DNA of 39,764 nucleotides from a virus (lineage: Duplodnaviria > Heunggongvirae > Uroviricota > Caudoviricetes), in the IMG/VR virus record IMGVR_UViG_3300032167_000069; one strand, written 5' to 3'. Position numbers and translations under genes: made by a program. Under the pieces are notes generated by a model that did not search any database, was not told where the DNA came from, and saw nothing but the letters and a program-made list of their open reading frames with translations. Every line of letters begins with the position of its first letter. Within the stretch, counting starts at the first letter, position 1. This document shows, piece after piece, positions 38,894-39,764 of this stretch.

Positions 38894-39764
38894 TTGCCAA
38901 CATTTAAGAACACCCAGAGAGGAACGTGGTACTGCAAGTTCTATTATACTGATTGGACGGGTGCTCGAAAGCAAAAGAAAAAGGAAGGTTTTGCGACCAA
39001 ACGAGAATCTCAAGAATGGGAGCGAAATTTCCTTAATAGTTGTAGTGTTGATTCGGATATAACCTTTGAAAACTTCTGTGTGAAGTATATGGAGCATTGT
39101 AAAGCTCGTCTGAAACCTACCACTTATGAAAACAAGTGTTATATGATTCGAGATAAAGTGTTGCCATATTTCAAAAATATGAAATTAAAGGATATTAAGG
39201 CAAGTACATTACGCACGTGGCAGGATAAGCTTATTACGCACAAAAACGGCTATTCTCAGACGTATTTGAAGACGATTAATAATCAGATGTCGGCTATCCT
39301 AAACTTCGCTGTAAACAACGAATATATCGCTTCTAACCCTATGCACAGATGTGGAAGTATGGGTAAGAAGTATGCAGAGGAATTATTGTTCTGGACAATA
39401 GACGAGTTTAAAGAGTTTTACGAAGTAATAAAAGACAAGCCTATGTCAGAGGTTATCTTCCCTTTATTCTTTTACAGCGGAATGAGAGAAGGAGAATTGC
39501 TTGCTTTGACGCTTAACGATTTTGATTTTGATAGAAATACGGTTAGTATTAACAAGAGCTTTGTGCGGTTTAACGGTCAGGATTTGATACAGACACCTAA
39601 AACACCTAAGAGTAAAAGGGTTGTAACTTTGCCTGAGCAAATAATGGATTTGGTAAAAAAATATGCAGATAAACTCTACGGATATGACCCATCCGACAGA
39701 TTGTTTACCTGCACAAAAAGTTATTTATCACACGAAATGATTCGAGGTTGTAATTTATCAGGTG
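38894..39764 (+). CDS. int: Tyrosine integrase with N-terminal arm-binding domain (3' truncated by the window)
   Basis: TTG behind AAAGGAGG; MPTFKNTQRGTWYCKFYYTDWTGARKQKKKEGFATKRE... then YSGMREGELLALT (catalytic Arg motif); frame open to the window end. Confidence 0.93.
   Translation, partial: MPTFKNTQRGTWYCKFYYTDWTGARKQKKKEGFATKRESQEWERNFLNSCSVDSDITFENFCVKYMEHCKARLKPTTYENKCYMIRDKVLPYFKNMKLKDIKASTLRTWQDKLITHKNGYSQTYLKTINNQMSAILNFAVNNEYIASNPMHRCGSMGKKYAEELLFWTIDEFKEFYEVIKDKPMSEVIFPLFFYSGMREGELLALTLNDFDFDRNTVSINKSFVRFNGQDLIQTPKTPKSKRVVTLPEQIMDLVKKYADKLYGYDPSDRLFTCTKSYLSHEMIRGCNLSG

Larger units (their letters stand above)
1..39764 (+). mobile_element. Temperate siphovirus/prophage: head, tail, DGR, lysis and integrase modules
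   Basis: Co-oriented genes in head-neck-tail-lysis order, a tape measure protein, amidase plus holins, and a tyrosine integrase; no host housekeeping genes recognised. Confidence 0.95.

Noticed and set aside
38847-39097. ORFs 38847..39062 (+) and 38870..39097 (-)
   Set aside because: Out-of-frame or antisense overlaps of the integrase, which has the SD and the recognisable motifs.
1-39764. CRISPR array, tRNA/rRNA genes, invertible shufflon, alternative genetic code
   Set aside because: No spaced direct-repeat array, RNA gene or recombinase-flanked cassette seen; long ORFs are open under the standard code with TAA, TAG and TGA all used as stops.

Overview
Structural, lysis and integration half of a large temperate siphovirus or prophage of a low-GC Firmicute (probably Clostridia, given the SLH-anchored endolysin). 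All supported genes are on the + strand: portal end, protease/scaffold, decoration, major capsid, head-tail joining genes, tail tube, a 2418-aa tape measure protein, tail tip genes, a 2181-aa multidomain tail fibre/adhesin, the lysis cassette and a tyrosine integrase cut by the window end. The main feature is two complete, unrelated diversity-generating retroelement (DGR) cassettes in tandem, each arranged avd-TR-RT. DGR1 is diversifying the tail fibre C-terminus: all 15 TR/VR mismatches fall at TR adenines. DGR2 has intact avd and RT genes, but I found no target for its TR in this window, and that TR itself looks partly diversified. The two cassettes share a non-coding RNA scaffold with a 10-bp long-range helix showing a compensatory base change. 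All family and domain names come from motif recognition by eye, not from database searches.
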